Below, piece by piece: positions 40,610 to 53,161 of a DNA stretch of 64,000 nucleotides; position 1 is the stretch's first letter; each line of letters starts with the position of its first letter. This DNA comes from Octopus vulgaris (taxonomy: Eukaryota), in the NCBI GenBank assembly GCA_951406725.2, contig OX597827.1, positions 2,294,001-2,358,000 of the forward strand, read 5' to 3'. The translations under genes and the position numbers were made by a program. The notes beneath the pieces were generated by a model. It was not told where the DNA came from and did not search any database. It was given only the letters and a program-made list of their open reading frames with translations.

Positions 40610-40927
40610 ACTCCGCCGGTTACGACGACGAGGGTCCCAGCTGATACGATCAACGGAACAGCTTGCTCGTGAAATTAACGTGCAAATGGCTGAGCATTCC
40701 ACAGACACGTGTACCCTTAACGTAGTTCTCGGGGATAATCAGCGTGACACAGAGAGTGACAAGGCTGTCCCTTTGAAATACAAGTACAACTCATTTTTGC
40801 CAGCTGAGTGGACTGGAGCAACGTGAAATAAAGTGTCTTGCTCAAGGACACAACGCGTCGCCGGGAATCGAACTCACAACCTTACGATCATGAGCCGAAT
40901 GCCCTAACCACTAAGCCACGCGCCCTC
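40610..40927 (-). mobile_element. Family D SINE with tail type 2
   Basis: Clean head GAGGGCGCGTGGCTTAGTGGTTAGG...GAGTTCGATTCCC, then core, then tail ending CCCTCGTCGTCGTAACCGGCGGAGTC. Confidence 0.9.
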
Positions 40928-41239
40928 ACTATCCAGTGTGTATGTATACATGTGGTATGGCTCCAAAAAGTAGAATAGCACTCGATCAGCTAAGGGAGTA
41001 AATATAATGTTTATAATAAAATCCACAAGTCTTGATAACCCAGGCTAGAAATACTCAGCAATATCAAATGGAAGATCCTCTCCAAAGCCTGACCCTGCAT
41101 TAACGCTTCCAAAAGATGTTCAGTATGTTCTTTGGAAAACTATATATCTTGAACCTGAGAGCCTCCAGTGACTACGTAAATTCGAGGAACGAGATTTGGT
41201 TTTGCATGTCCACATTTTTAGAAATATATCTTGGTGGAA

Positions 41240-41492
41240 TTTTAAAATAGGCCACCAGACACATAGTAAACTATTGATATCCTGTCTACATCTTTTTGAC
41301 ATTGGTTTATTTGTAACGTTGGTTATCTCCCTTGTGTTTGGTTTGTCGTCTTCCTTCTCAGCGTCCCTTGTTTAAACGTTCTCACCTTAAAAAAGAAATT
41401 GACAAACCGTCTTGTACTCAGCTTGAAAATTGAGGAAACAAATTAATGTTTAGACTAGGAAACTCTGAGTAACCGTATTTACAAAGAATTTT
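41240..41492 (+). mobile_element. Possible very old PLE GIY-YIG remnant
   Basis: Pieces IGHQTHSKLL...HLFDI and LKIEE/KLMFRLG/IYKEF resemble PLE endonuclease C-termini; requires several frameshifts. Confidence 0.3.
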
Positions 41493-41608
41493 GGTTTTCA
41501 TTACATTATATACATGCATATATTGCACATTATCCTCACATTTAGTGACAATTATAGCTTTCCTTTTTTGGTAAAACATTGCAAACTACTGTATGTTTTA
41601 AGTATAAC

Positions 41609-41690
<82 letters not shown>

Positions 41691-41691
41691 A

Positions 41692-41740
<49 letters not shown>

Positions 41741-41801
41741 TTATATATATATACATGTATATGTGAATATGTGTGTGTATGTATGTATGTATGTGTGAAT
41801 A

Positions 41802-41836
<35 letters not shown>

Positions 41837-42761
41837 GAATATGTGTGTGTGTGTATGTGTGCATCTATTTGTGTGTATCTTTCTGTTTGTGTCCGTCCCT
41901 GACCACTGATGGACATCTTCGGTTGGGCTGTTTACGTTCTCTTAGCTTAGCGGTTCGTCAAGTATCAGGCTTCGAAAATTTGATTAGTACTGGGGTTGAT
42001 TCGGTAGACTAAAATTCTTGAAGGTAGTACTCAGTATCGCGGCAGTCAAATGGCTGACACAAGTAAAATATAAAAGATGTATATGTGTGTGTATGGGGTG
42101 TGTGTGTGTGTTTGTGTAGCGCGCACGTGTGTTATGTTTATTGTGTGCGTGTGTGTTGTGTTTGCGCATGTCACTCTCCAGTCGCTTGACATCCGGTCTT
42201 GGTCTTTCTTACGGTTCTCGTAACTTAGCATTTTCAGCAAGAGATCGATAGAACAAGTACCAAACTTAAAAGAATAAATAAGTTCTGAGGTCGATTTCTT
42301 CGACTTAAGCTCGCCAAGATTGTGCCCCACCTTGGCCGCAGTCCACTGACTGAAACAAGTAATCAGATAACATTAAAAAAAACCCAAAACAACAATAACA
42401 TCAACAATAAGAGAAAGAGTAGCAGCAGCAGCTGCGATTGTTTGTTCTGTCAGCCAGTTTCCGGTTTCAATGAATGTCACTTTACTTGGTAGGTTCAAAT
42501 GTTTGTTTAAATATGGTGGAAATCTGCACCTAAACACAACAGATTTATCCATCTTTTCTTTGACGTCCGCCATGACTACCACAGTACATTGAAACCACCA
42601 ACTATTTCTCTATCTTCATCTCTTTCTTTTTTTTTCTCTCTCTCTCTCTTTTATCTCTCCCTATCCTTCATCTACCTTACTCTCTTTCTTCTCATTACCT
42701 TCTACCGCTTCCTTTCGTTTCTCTCAATCTCTGTCTCTCCTCCAATTTACCTAACTGTTTG

Positions 42762-42800
<39 letters not shown>

Positions 42801-43471
42801 TTCTTTCTCTCTCTCTCTCTTTCTTCTCTCTCTCTCTCTCTCTGCGTCTTTCCACTACTTCACTCGCTCACTCCTTTCTTATATATATCACTCTCATTTT
42901 CACTCATTATCTCAGGCTCTCTTTCTCTCTCGATCTCACCCCCTCTCTCTCTCGATCATTCCACTTCTTTACTCTCACTACTCTCCTTTCACATCATGTG
43001 TTCCTTTTACTTTCACTTTCACTCCCCCTCCCTCTCTCTCTTCCGTTCGTTTCTGTGTTTTGAAGTTAATCCTCTGCGCTTAAAATTTTTTAATGGATTA
43101 CATTGGGAAGATAATTATTTCTAAGCTTACATCTCTTCCATTTAATCTTCCAGCTAACTTCTCCTTCAATTCCACAATTTTCAACTCACATCTTCATTCT
43201 CGTTCCCATCTTCACTTTTCTTTTTTTTCAGTTTAATGCTTGCATTTGTGTTTGTGTGTTTATTTTTATCCATTTATATTTTCTTTATTAATATTTTTGT
43301 TAAGGATTAGTTACCGCAATATTTGTGTATTTCCAGTCCAACCTTAATTTTCTTTAGCTTCTACAAACATTTTCCCTCCTTCACTTTCTCTCTCTTCTCC
43401 TCCCGCTTTCACTTTATCTATCTCTCGCTACTTCTCCCTCTCTCTCTCTCTCTTTTTATATATATATATAG

Positions 43472-43505
<34 letters not shown>

Positions 43506-43567
43506 ATAGAGAGAGAGAGAGAGAGAGAGAAGGAGGGAGAGAGAGAGGTACATATATACATACATAC

Positions 43568-43598
<31 letters not shown>

Positions 43599-43837
43599 AA
43601 CTTGCTCCCACTTACAGTATCCACACCTCTCTACCTCAGTCTTCTCCTCCTCCTACTCCTCCTGTTCTTGTATACACTTTTCTTCTATTCCCCTCTCTTA
43701 TAAACTAATACACACTTTACTTTTCTCTTCCTCAGGCTACTTCACGACACCTCAGAGTAACACCAATGTACTCCAGTGTAATACAGTCTAAACCAGACTA
43801 CTCCGGTTTACTTCTGTTTACAACATTAATCAAGTTA

Positions 43838-44459
43838 GGTGCGAGTGTGGCTGTGTGGTAAGAAGCTTGCATTCCAGCCACACGGTTCCGGGTTCAATCC
43901 CACTGCGTTGCACTTTGGGCACGTGTCTTCTACAATAGCCTCAGGCCGACCAAAGCAACGTGGTTGGATATGGTAGACGTAAACTGAAGGAAGCCCATAT
44001 ATATATATATATACAGGGATGACAGAACATATGACAGTAAATCAAAATTCCATAAATACTTAATATTCAGTTTTATTTATTCATTTGGAGAAAATGGTGT
44101 CAGTTTAAACAATTTTCGTGATGCTTCATATTTGGATGCTTTTATTAAATTCATTCACTTGTTAAACATAAATAAACCTTGGAATTAATGATTTTGATTT
44201 ACTGTCAGATGTCTTTTGGACAACCCTCTCTATGTATGTATGTATGTATGTATGTATGTATGTATGTATGTATGTATGTATGTATGTATGTATGTATGTA
44301 TGTATGTATGTATGTATGTATGTATGTATGTATGTATGTATGTATGTATGTATGTATGTATGTATGTATGTATGTATGTATGTATGTATGTATGTATGTA
44401 TGTATGTATGTATGTATGTATGTATGTATGTATGTATGTATGTGTGTGTGTGTGTGTGT

Positions 44460-44555
<96 letters not shown>

Positions 44556-44825
44556 ATGTATGTATGTATGTATGTATGTATGTATGTATGTATGTAGGTG
44601 CGTATGTTTTTGTGTCTGTGTTTGTCCTCCACCATCGCTTGATAAACAGTGTTGGTGTGTTTAGGTCCCCGTACATAGCTGTCCGGCAAAGGAACCAATG
44701 GAATAAGTAACTAGCCTTTTAAAAATAAACCCTGGCTTGGAGCTGTTCGACTAAAATCCCTTCAAGGCGGTGCCCCAGCATGGCCACGGCCAAATGACTG
44801 AAACAAGTAGAGAATAAAGAGTGAA
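43838..44825 (+). mobile_element. Family B SINE expanded by a nested MITE and (TATG)n/(TG)n
   Basis: 5' half 43838-43996, 3' half 44605-44825. Confidence 0.9.
44014..44228. mobile_element. Tc1/mariner-type MITE, same family as 31582, inverted, nested in a SINE B microsatellite
   Basis: Right end reverse complement GAGGGTTGTCCAAAAGACATCTGACAGTAAATC...AATTCCAAG matches the left end of the 31582 copy. Confidence 0.8.
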
Positions 44826-45463
44826 AGATTTATTCTGACGATCTCTATTTATTTAAAAGTAAATCTGTATTATCTCCCTTTTCAGTAGAAATGACTCTCT
44901 TCGTGGCTTACCTCTCGTTCTTTTTCTTTCTTTTCTTTGTCTGTCTTTCTCTCTCTCTCTCCCTTTCTACCTCTTTCTTTCACCCCCTCTCTCTCTCTCT
45001 CTCTTTCTTCCTCTCTCAATCGTTTCTAGGAATCTGAGCTGTTGGAGTTGGGGTAGGACATATAGATCGAGGGAGTGGGAGAGGGTTTGATATAGAGAAA
45101 GAAAGAGCTAACGAAAGAGAGAGTGAGAGAGAAAGAGTATAAGAGAGAAACGATGTGGGATAATAAGTCTGTTTGCTAGCTGTTATTTAACCCAAGGTCA
45201 ACCCTGGTCTCGCAGACTTACAATCAATGACATCTCTACCATAACTTTTTTACCATCTCGTGTATCAGTGTTTACACTATCAAATGTGTCGCTCCCTTCA
45301 GAAGACAGTTATTACATGAAGATGATTAACTGCTATTTCTAACAAGTTATGTGAGCGTTTGGTTTCTATCTTAAATTTTTTTTTATATAAAATGAATGAT
45401 ATTTTGTCTATCAGTTATATGGCGTCTTACATGCGTGTAGTCAAGAAAGATTGCTACAATTTC

Positions 45464-45886
45464 GGATCTTTCCGGTTTGAACGGCAGTTTTTTAAAATAA
45501 TTTCCACGTAGCTAAACACTTTTAAAATTCGTATACTGGTAGAATGTGTTTATAAAACATCTTTTTCTCTTGGCTTTATTGAGAAAATTCTATAGTTTGT
45601 AAGATATTTGTTGTTCTTTTTCTTTAATTTTTGCAATTTCAACCAATCAATGACGTCTATTGAGGTGAAAACATTCTGTGCCGTATGAATACTCCCTCGT
45701 TTAAGAAACAGATTGGGTTTATTTACATTTGTGAAGAAAAAAAGATACCCTTCCCCCCACCCCTAACCCTAACCCTAACCCTAAAACAGATTGAAATGCA
45801 ATAGCTCGATACTAGGGTCATAATTATGGGTGACAATTTCATATGACACCGCTAGAAAAAAACTGCCGTTCAAACCGAAAAGATCC
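45464..45886. mobile_element. MITE with ~30-bp TIRs, 8-bp TSD and internal (CCCTAA)4
   Basis: GGATCTTTCCGGTTTGAACGGCAGTTTTTT ... AAAAAACTGCCGTTCAAACCGAAAAGATCC; flanks ACAATTTC / ACAAATTC; telomeric units at 45761-45784. Confidence 0.92.
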
Positions 45887-45933
45887 ACAAATTCATCTTA
45901 GAATATTTAAGAGTATTACTATAAAGCAGGGAG

Positions 45934-46125
45934 AGGCGACGAGCTGGCTGAATCGTTAGCGCGCCGGATAAAATGCTTAGCGGCATTCCATCCATTTAAA
46001 TGTTCTGATTTCGAATTCTACTGTGTTCAACTTCGCTTTTAATTCTTTCGGAGTTGATGAAAAAAGTCCAAGTCGAACACTGGGTACGATGTAATCGATT
46101 ATCCTCTTCCCGCCCAAATTTCAGG
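45934..46125 (+). mobile_element. Family A SINE (diverged)
   Basis: GGCGACGAGCTGGCTGAATCGTTAGCGCGCCGG...AAATTTCAGGC. Confidence 0.8.
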
Positions 46126-46724
46126 CAATCTAGGCATTATGTCAGAGCTGGATTAAGACCCAAAGAAGCCCTGAGCTTAAAAAAGATTTTGGTTCCTCCA
46201 TACATATGTAATTCAAAAATATAAACCACAAAATTATTAATTTTTTTAAAAATAAAAGTGAACGATGTTTACTTTTGTATACTTACACTTCATTTATATT
46301 TGAAAACTTTTCTTCTACTTTAATTGCAAAGTCATTGAGCATATCCTCGAAATTAATCTTATATAACACGTCTGTTTCTACACTTAGAGGAGATAAGGTA
46401 TTCTGAGTATTCTTTTAGCAAGTTTAAACTGATTTCTTTTGTGCCGTAAACCATTTACCATTTTTGTGGTGTCCCCGCTTCCCTTGATGCTATAAGCACA
46501 TGCTTATTTTGCTTAATGGTGAATTCAGTGTTGCATTATGCAGAGAACAGGGTTCAAGATATTGGACATTACGGTTGTTAATGACTATCTCTGTCACATT
46601 TGTTGTTCGTTCTTACACGTGAGAGCGTTAGGCTGAGAGTTGGTGAGAGCCAGAAGAGTTGTCTGTCTTGGAAAAAGCGGAAACATTGTTGCGTGGTTTA
46701 TAGGATTATGAATTATACCTTAGA

Positions 46725-47060
46725 TATTATATTTGATGGCATATAAAGACTCGCTTATTTTCCCCAAAATTACATCTCAAAAAGTCACTTCCAGTCCTCT
46801 ATTAAAAATATTGTTACTTCAACCTTATAGGATATCGTGATTTCTTGCTTTATGTTCAACTCTACTGCTAACTTTTTATTTACGGCAATGTTTTCTGCTA
46901 TAGCTAAGGTATTTCTGCAATGTTTTGTTATGTACTACAAGATTGCTTTAAATGTTGCTTATTTTAATGCAGTAAAACCATTTTTTCTTGAAATTCTCGC
47001 TACTTAAATTGGGATGCGTCTGGTATGCTTGCGCATCTTTTTATACCATCAAATATAGTA
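46725..47060. mobile_element. Old pogo/Tc2-like MITE
   Basis: TATTATATTTGATGGCATATAAAGA ... TCTTTTTATACCATCAAATATAGTA. Confidence 0.6.
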
Positions 47061-47484
47061 AAGAAAAATGGAAGACTTTTGCGAAAAGAGAAGCTTACTG
47101 GAGCTTGTATTGTTTGAAGGTAATGGAAGGGAGTGTCACGGGTCAGGTGAAATATTCAAAGAATGTTTCTGCATTTGGCATCTCTAAGTCCAAGATGGTG
47201 AATCTAGTGAGTAGAGGAGGGCAGTTTTGGAGGAAATCTTATATAGTGTAATATTGACCAGAGATGGGTGACCAACAAGCAGCAGGAAAAGAGTTTATAG
47301 AACAATGATGTTTGTGAAGGGGAGAAAAGGACCATTCGTACGAACATACACAGATACATACATACGGACGTAGATTTACAATATATACACACACACATAC
47401 ACTTGCATACATACATATACACATACATATATACTTATAAAATATCTTTGTGTGTGTGCGTGTGTGCATATGTATGTATCTCTC

Positions 47485-47574
<90 letters not shown>

Positions 47575-47965
47575 CGATCTGGTTTTCATCGTCGTGTTTT
47601 GGTAAGCGTAGTATTACAATTTCGGTGGAAACACGTTTTATAATGTAGTCGTAGATATGCTACATCGAAAATAAATGACGGATGGTCATAGCTTGCTAAA
47701 CAGAATGACGGATGGTCAAGGTTGGCTAAACAAAGCAACACCATTAATGAGAACGTCATCAAATCAATAGCAATGATGACGAAAGAAAAAGTGGACAGAA
47801 AATATGACAATAGAAAGGCAGGGAGATAAACTAATGGAGAAACAGAGGAAGGAGGAGGAGAGAAATTAAAGGGAAGTTGGTTTTATGGGAAAGCTTAGTA
47901 AATATTACAATAACAACTGCTTCTGCAGCCTTCACCACCATCACTCCCACTCCACCACCCCACAT

Positions 47966-47996
<31 letters not shown>

Positions 47997-47998
47997 TG

Positions 47999-48057
<59 letters not shown>

Positions 48058-48757
48058 GCTACTACTACTACTACTACTTCTGCCACCACCACTACTACTA
48101 GCAGCTGGTGCTGTTGCAATTCCTAAATAAAAAATTTACAAGAAGAAGAAGAAGAAGAAGAAGAAGAATGGGAGATAATGCTATTTGAATGGGAGAGGAA
48201 GCCAGAGGATTAAGTCGAGAGAGAAGAAAAATAAATAGAGAGCGTTTGGTGGTAGAGATAGAAGCGGCGACGGTAGCAAGATTGGTGTGTGTGGGGGGTG
48301 TAATATGAAAGTGAAAGTAAAGTAGAACCACAAACAGAAGTTCTAGCGCTACAACAACAGCAACAAGGCAACCATTTTTTTAAAGAGGTAAAAATAAAGA
48401 TAAACTAGAAAAAATGATGGGGGATTTTAAAAAATGTTTCAATTGAAGTGAAAAAGGATTAAATGGAAGAGAAATAAGCTTAAAACAATATCTCTCTTAA
48501 AGAAATCCATTAAAAAGTATAAGGGCGAGGGGATTATCTGGGAAAATAAACAAGTATTGGGGTTTAACTGTACTCTGGTAGTAATGGCATAGGTATAAAG
48601 AAAAACGTGTTTGTAGTTCGGTGCACACTTCAACCATATTTAAACAAACATTTGAACCTTGCATGTAACTAGCTGACATCGAGTGAAATCGGAAGTCAGC
48701 TGACAGAGTAAACAGTGGTTACTTACATAGGAATAATGGTGACTAATACAGGCATAT

Positions 48758-49055
48758 GGTGGCGAGCTGGTAGAGTGGCTAACACGTCGGACGACAATAT
48801 ATTTAGTAGTATTTCTTCCAGATGCCTACCTTCTAAGTTCAAATCCCGACATGGTCAACATTGCCTTTTATCTCTTTGAACATAGATAAAATGAAGTAGC
48901 AGACAAGTACTGAGATCGATGTAAACGACTTGCCCCCTCCCCTCAAAAATTTCAAGCCTTGATCCCTGCGACGGATCGGCATCCCGTTCAGGAGAATGTT
49001 CTGAAGCCGGTTACTTATACGCCACGGAAAGCCGAGTAACGGCCTTATGAAACCT
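48758..49055 (+). mobile_element. Diverged family A SINE fused to a V-domain-like SINE 3' fragment
   Basis: A unit runs to about 48960, then CCTGCGACGGATCGGCATCCCGTTCAGG...TATACGCCACGGAAA, like the family C 3' half. Confidence 0.65.
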
Positions 49056-49817
49056 TTGGTTCGAGAAGAAAAAAAAGTTTGAATACTGGACGGGTGGAGT
49101 GAGGTATAGTCGATCATATTTGCTCCAGTACTTGACTGGAACTTATGTATCTCGGAATGGCATGACAACGAGGGTTCAGTCCCTGCATTATCGCTAGGCC
49201 TGTTAGATTTAATGACCAAATTAGCATCAAATAATGTGATAACGTGTGGAGGCGCGTGGCCTAGTCTGTTGCACCCCCGACTATAAGGTCGCGGTTTCGA
49301 TTACCGTCCAGGCGGCACGTTGTGTTCGTAAGTAAAACGCTTCATTTTGCGCTACCCCACAGTCCACTCAGCTGCAAATGAGTTCCAGAAATGGCTGGGA
49401 ACCTTCGAGAAACTGGAAGTGTTGTAATTACTGTTGAAATACCTTTGATTTTTTGGGTCAGGTTGATCCGGGGCCAAACAGCAGCAACAAATAGATAAAA
49501 GATCAAATGAAAAGTTGATTTGAGTGGAATTTGAACCGAAAACCAGAACCTTTGGACTGAAAACGTAAGGAGTAAATTTTACGGATCGCGAAAATGAGTC
49601 TGTTAATCAACTCATCGCTATTAGAAAGGAATTCGTTTCAGCAGCCAGCATAATTAGGCATTGTGGCATACAGACGTACCTCATGATACGGAACTGTGGT
49701 ATTCTTGAAAGACTCGCGGTAACATAGAATTGAATTGCGTAATGAAAAATGTATTTCTTACTAGTTATTCTATCAATCAACATATTTTCATTACATGGAG
49801 AAAATGAAAGAAAAATT

Positions 49818-50420
49818 TTCGGGGTCGATTAAATAAGTACCAGTTACACACTGGGGTCGATATAATCGACTTAATCCGTTTGTCTGACCTTATTCGTCCC
49901 CTCTGTGTTTAGCCCCTTGTGGGTAGTAAAGAAATAGGTATTTCATCTGTCGCTACGTTCTGAGTTCAAATTCCGCCGAGGTCGACTTTGCCTTTCATCC
50001 TTTCAGAGTCGATTAAACAAGTACCAGTTACGCACTGGGGTCGATATAATCGACTTAATCCGTTTGTCTGTCCTTGTTTGTACCCTCTGTGTTTAGCCCC
50101 TTGTGGTCAATAAAAAAATAAGAAGCGGGGGTGAAGAATGATGGCATGTTGTAGTATTAATGGCATTTTGTTAAGATCATCAACAATATGAATGAACTGA
50201 TGAGGATCTTTAACCTAGAACGGTTTCAAATTTTAGTAGAAGGCCTGTAATTACATCGAACCCCAGTACTCAACAGTGACTTAGTTTATCAATCCCAGAA
50301 GGATGAAAAGAAAAGTCAACCTTTGTGCAATTTGAACCCAAAATATTTTTTAAAAGCCGGAAGCAATGTCGCTAAGCATACTGTCTGATGCGCTAACGAT
50401 TCTGCCTCTTCACCTCCATC
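49818..50420. mobile_element. Family A SINE cluster (plus-strand dimer 49818-50120; minus copy 50222-50420)
   Basis: Matches to the family A motif. Confidence 0.85.
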
Positions 50421-51074
50421 TTTAACCTAGAATAAAGACTAAGTCTGTCCAGTTGACTTGCTGGGTGCGTTTGCTTCACTGAACAGCCGGCCTCGCTTAA
50501 TTAAACCGGCATAATGACGATATAAATTAGTTACCTGACGAGTTCCTGGAACCGTATTTTATAACGAGCTTCAGCCAACTACGGATTCTTTTAAAGAATT
50601 AATGAAGTCATGACGCAAAATTTAATCACGATGATGACGAGGCGCTGTTGTTTTCTACGTTTTATTATTATTGATTGTTGTTTTTTTTTAGTTGGCGGTT
50701 CCTTTCTTCCTCCCTTTCTTTCTTTCCTTCTTCCTTTCTTTCTTTCTTTTTTCTTTGCTTTTCGTTTCGTTTATTTAATTATTTAATTCAGTTAAAATGC
50801 TTTATTGCTTTATGTGATGGTTTTATATTTCATCGTTTAATAGAATGAGGAAAACGGGGTGGGCGAGGTTGGAGGGTCGGGGTAGAATCGAGGTGTTGTT
50901 GGAATGAGTCTCAATGGTTACGACATCACTAAAAATACACTTTAAAATCAAATACACACAAGCACAAAATAAGCAAATAAATAAATAAAACAATTATGTC
51001 TTAATTATTTTACACTAATTATATTTTAAGAGCATTAATTCACTTAAGAATAATAATATTAATGATAATTTCAT

Positions 51075-51750
51075 ACTTTGGCACAAGAGCAGGAAATTTG
51101 GATGGAGGAGATAACATTACATTACTTTTATCCCAGTATTGGACTGGTACTTCATTTTATCGACTCAAGAAGGGTGAATGGTAAAACTGAACTCGGTGCG
51201 ATTCGAACGCAGTACGTAAAGTACCGCCACAAATACCTCAAAGCATTTGAGTAGCTCTAACGATCCATCCAATTCAACATCCGTTAAATAGGCACAAGGC
51301 CTGAGATTTTGGGGGAGGGAGATAGTCGATTACATCAGCCCCAGTGTTTCACTGGTACTTATTTGTCGATCCCGAAAGGATGCAAGATGAAATCGATCCC
51401 GGTGGAAATTGAACTCAGAACGTAAGGTCGGACGAAATGCCGCTAGGCATTTTGCCCAGCGCGCTAACGATTCTGCCATTTCGCCGCCTTCGTCGCCTTA
51501 ATAAAATTAGTAATAATGATTTTTACTGTAGGCACAAGGCCTGAAATTTTGGGGACGGGGTGCTAGTCGATTACATCGACCCCAGACGACATTCCTAGCT
51601 TTACAGTTTGTTTGGGAGCTAAACCTACATGCGATGGAGTTCTTATCAGTACACAGGGTTCTACTAAAAGGGTAGGTTCTACCGATTAGGGATTTTATAG
51701 GTACTCATTTCATTGACCCCGAAAGGGTGAAAGGCAAAGTCGGCCTCGGA
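51075..51750 (-). mobile_element. Three family A SINE copies
   Basis: GGCACAAG...GTCGATTACATC...GAACTCAGAACGTAA units at about 51075, 51289 and 51528. Confidence 0.85.
51586..51699 (-). mobile_element. Short PLE coding fragment inserted inside a family A SINE
   Basis: Aligns with 53478-53585 (about 13 substitutions plus a 7-bp indel by eye); translates PIKSLIGRTYPFSRTLCTDKNSIACRFSSQTNCKARNV. Confidence 0.85.
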
Positions 51751-51754
51751 GGAG

Positions 51755-51984
<230 letters not shown>

Positions 51985-52155
51985 GTTAGGCAGAAGACAA
52001 GAAGATCCCGAAAGGTGTTTGATTTATGGTTCTAGACATTGACCACCATATTTGATAATACTAATTGTTTCAAATATTAGCATGAGGTCAGCAATGTTTA
52101 AAAACAGATGCTTAATCTATTATATCGTCTCAGCACTTCACTGAGTGAAAGTGAA

Positions 52156-52193
52156 CTGTCTGATGAACGGCAACGAGAAACTCAGAGTAACAG
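52156..52193 (+). ncRNA. Minimal type I hammerhead motif with palindromic stem III
   Basis: CTGT CTGATGA aCG gcaa CGa GAAA CTCAGAG TA ACAG: intact core, stem I CTGT/ACAG, near-palindromic ACTCAGAGT, GUA triplet. Stem II is only 2 bp. Confidence 0.75.
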
Positions 52194-52320
52194 ATTTTGT
52201 TGAATTTTCTGCTGCTTAAAATAAAGTATATATATATATATATATATTGTTGTATTTGGGGATGGTCATGTTGCCAGTTTAGCCAATGAAAATACACGCC
52301 CTATACATTTGGTGTTCACT

Positions 52321-52731
52321 TACTCTGTTTTACTCTTTTACTTGTTTCAGGCATTTGACTGCGGCCATGCTGGAGCACCGCCTTTAGCCGAGCAAATCGA
52401 CCCCTGGACTTATTCTTTGTAAGCCCAGTACTTATTCTATCGGTCTCTTTTGCCGAACCGCTAAGTGACGGGGACGTAAACACACCAGCATCGTTGTCAA
52501 GCAATGCTAGGGGAACAAACACAGACACACAAACCCACACACACACATACATATATATATACATATATACGACAGGCTTCTTTCAGTTTCCGTCTACCAA
52601 ATCCACTCACAAGGCATTGGTCGGCCCGGGGCTATAGTAGAAGACACTTGCCCAAGATGCCACGCAGTGGGACTGAACCCGGAACCATGTGATTGGTTAG
52701 CAAGCTACTTACCACACAGCCACTCCTGCGC
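52321..52731 (-). mobile_element. Family B SINE, full length (tRNA-like head, CORE-like box, internal microsatellite)
   Basis: GCGCAGGAGTGGCTGTGTGGTAAG...GGTTCAGTCCC...TTGGGCAAGTGTCTTCTACTATAGCC...(TA/TG)n...GGCGGTGCTCCAGCATGGCCGCAGTC...(GAGTAAAA) tail. Confidence 0.92.
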
Positions 52732-52765
52732 TTGTTTCACCTTTATTTTATATTAATTGTATTTC

Positions 52766-52810
52766 GGCCAGAGTCTCTTTCGTCTTCCTTCTGTGACTTC
52801 AACAGTGGCC
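52766..52810 (-). ncRNA. Minimal type I hammerhead motif in the PLE 3' region (A6U core change)
   Basis: Minus strand reads GGCCA CTGTTGA A GTC acagaaggaa GAC GAAA G aga CTC TGGCC: 5-bp stem I, 3-bp stem II, CUC cleavage triplet. Same strand as the GIY-YIG frame and about 350 bp past its stop. Confidence 0.75.
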
Positions 52811-53161
52811 CTTTGCTTTCTTCTTTCTTTTTGTGTCTCCCCTTAATAACGAGCTGCCATTTTGTATTCCTATTGTATGTGTCTTTATTTGCGCATGTGT
52901 ATATCCTTGTGTGTGTTTAGAGAGTGTGTGTGTGCGAATGTATATGGTAGCTACTTCATCAGTATCCTTTGTTTATTCACGTTCGTTTAATTTAATTTTA
53001 TTTATTGTATTCATGTGTTTTTATCTACTTACTTTTTCATTTCTTTCTTTTTTGTATTAATTTAATTTAATATATTTTATTTATATATATATAATTATTT
53101 TATTCCATTCATTTACCTGTGTATTGTATTAGTTTCATATTATTATCAGTTTATGGGGATC

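Noticed and set aside
45761-45784. Chromosome end or fusion scar
   Set aside because: Only four units, inside a TIR element.
47090-47335. Possible minus-strand LINE C-terminal remnant
   Set aside because: Too decayed; resemblance limited to a few residues.
48995-49055. Structured RNA or twister-like candidate
   Set aside because: Explained as a diverged V-domain SINE 3' half; twister motifs are absent.
50535-50560. CTGACGA followed by a GTTCC/GGAAC hairpin
   Set aside because: No GAAA box or NUH triplet follows.
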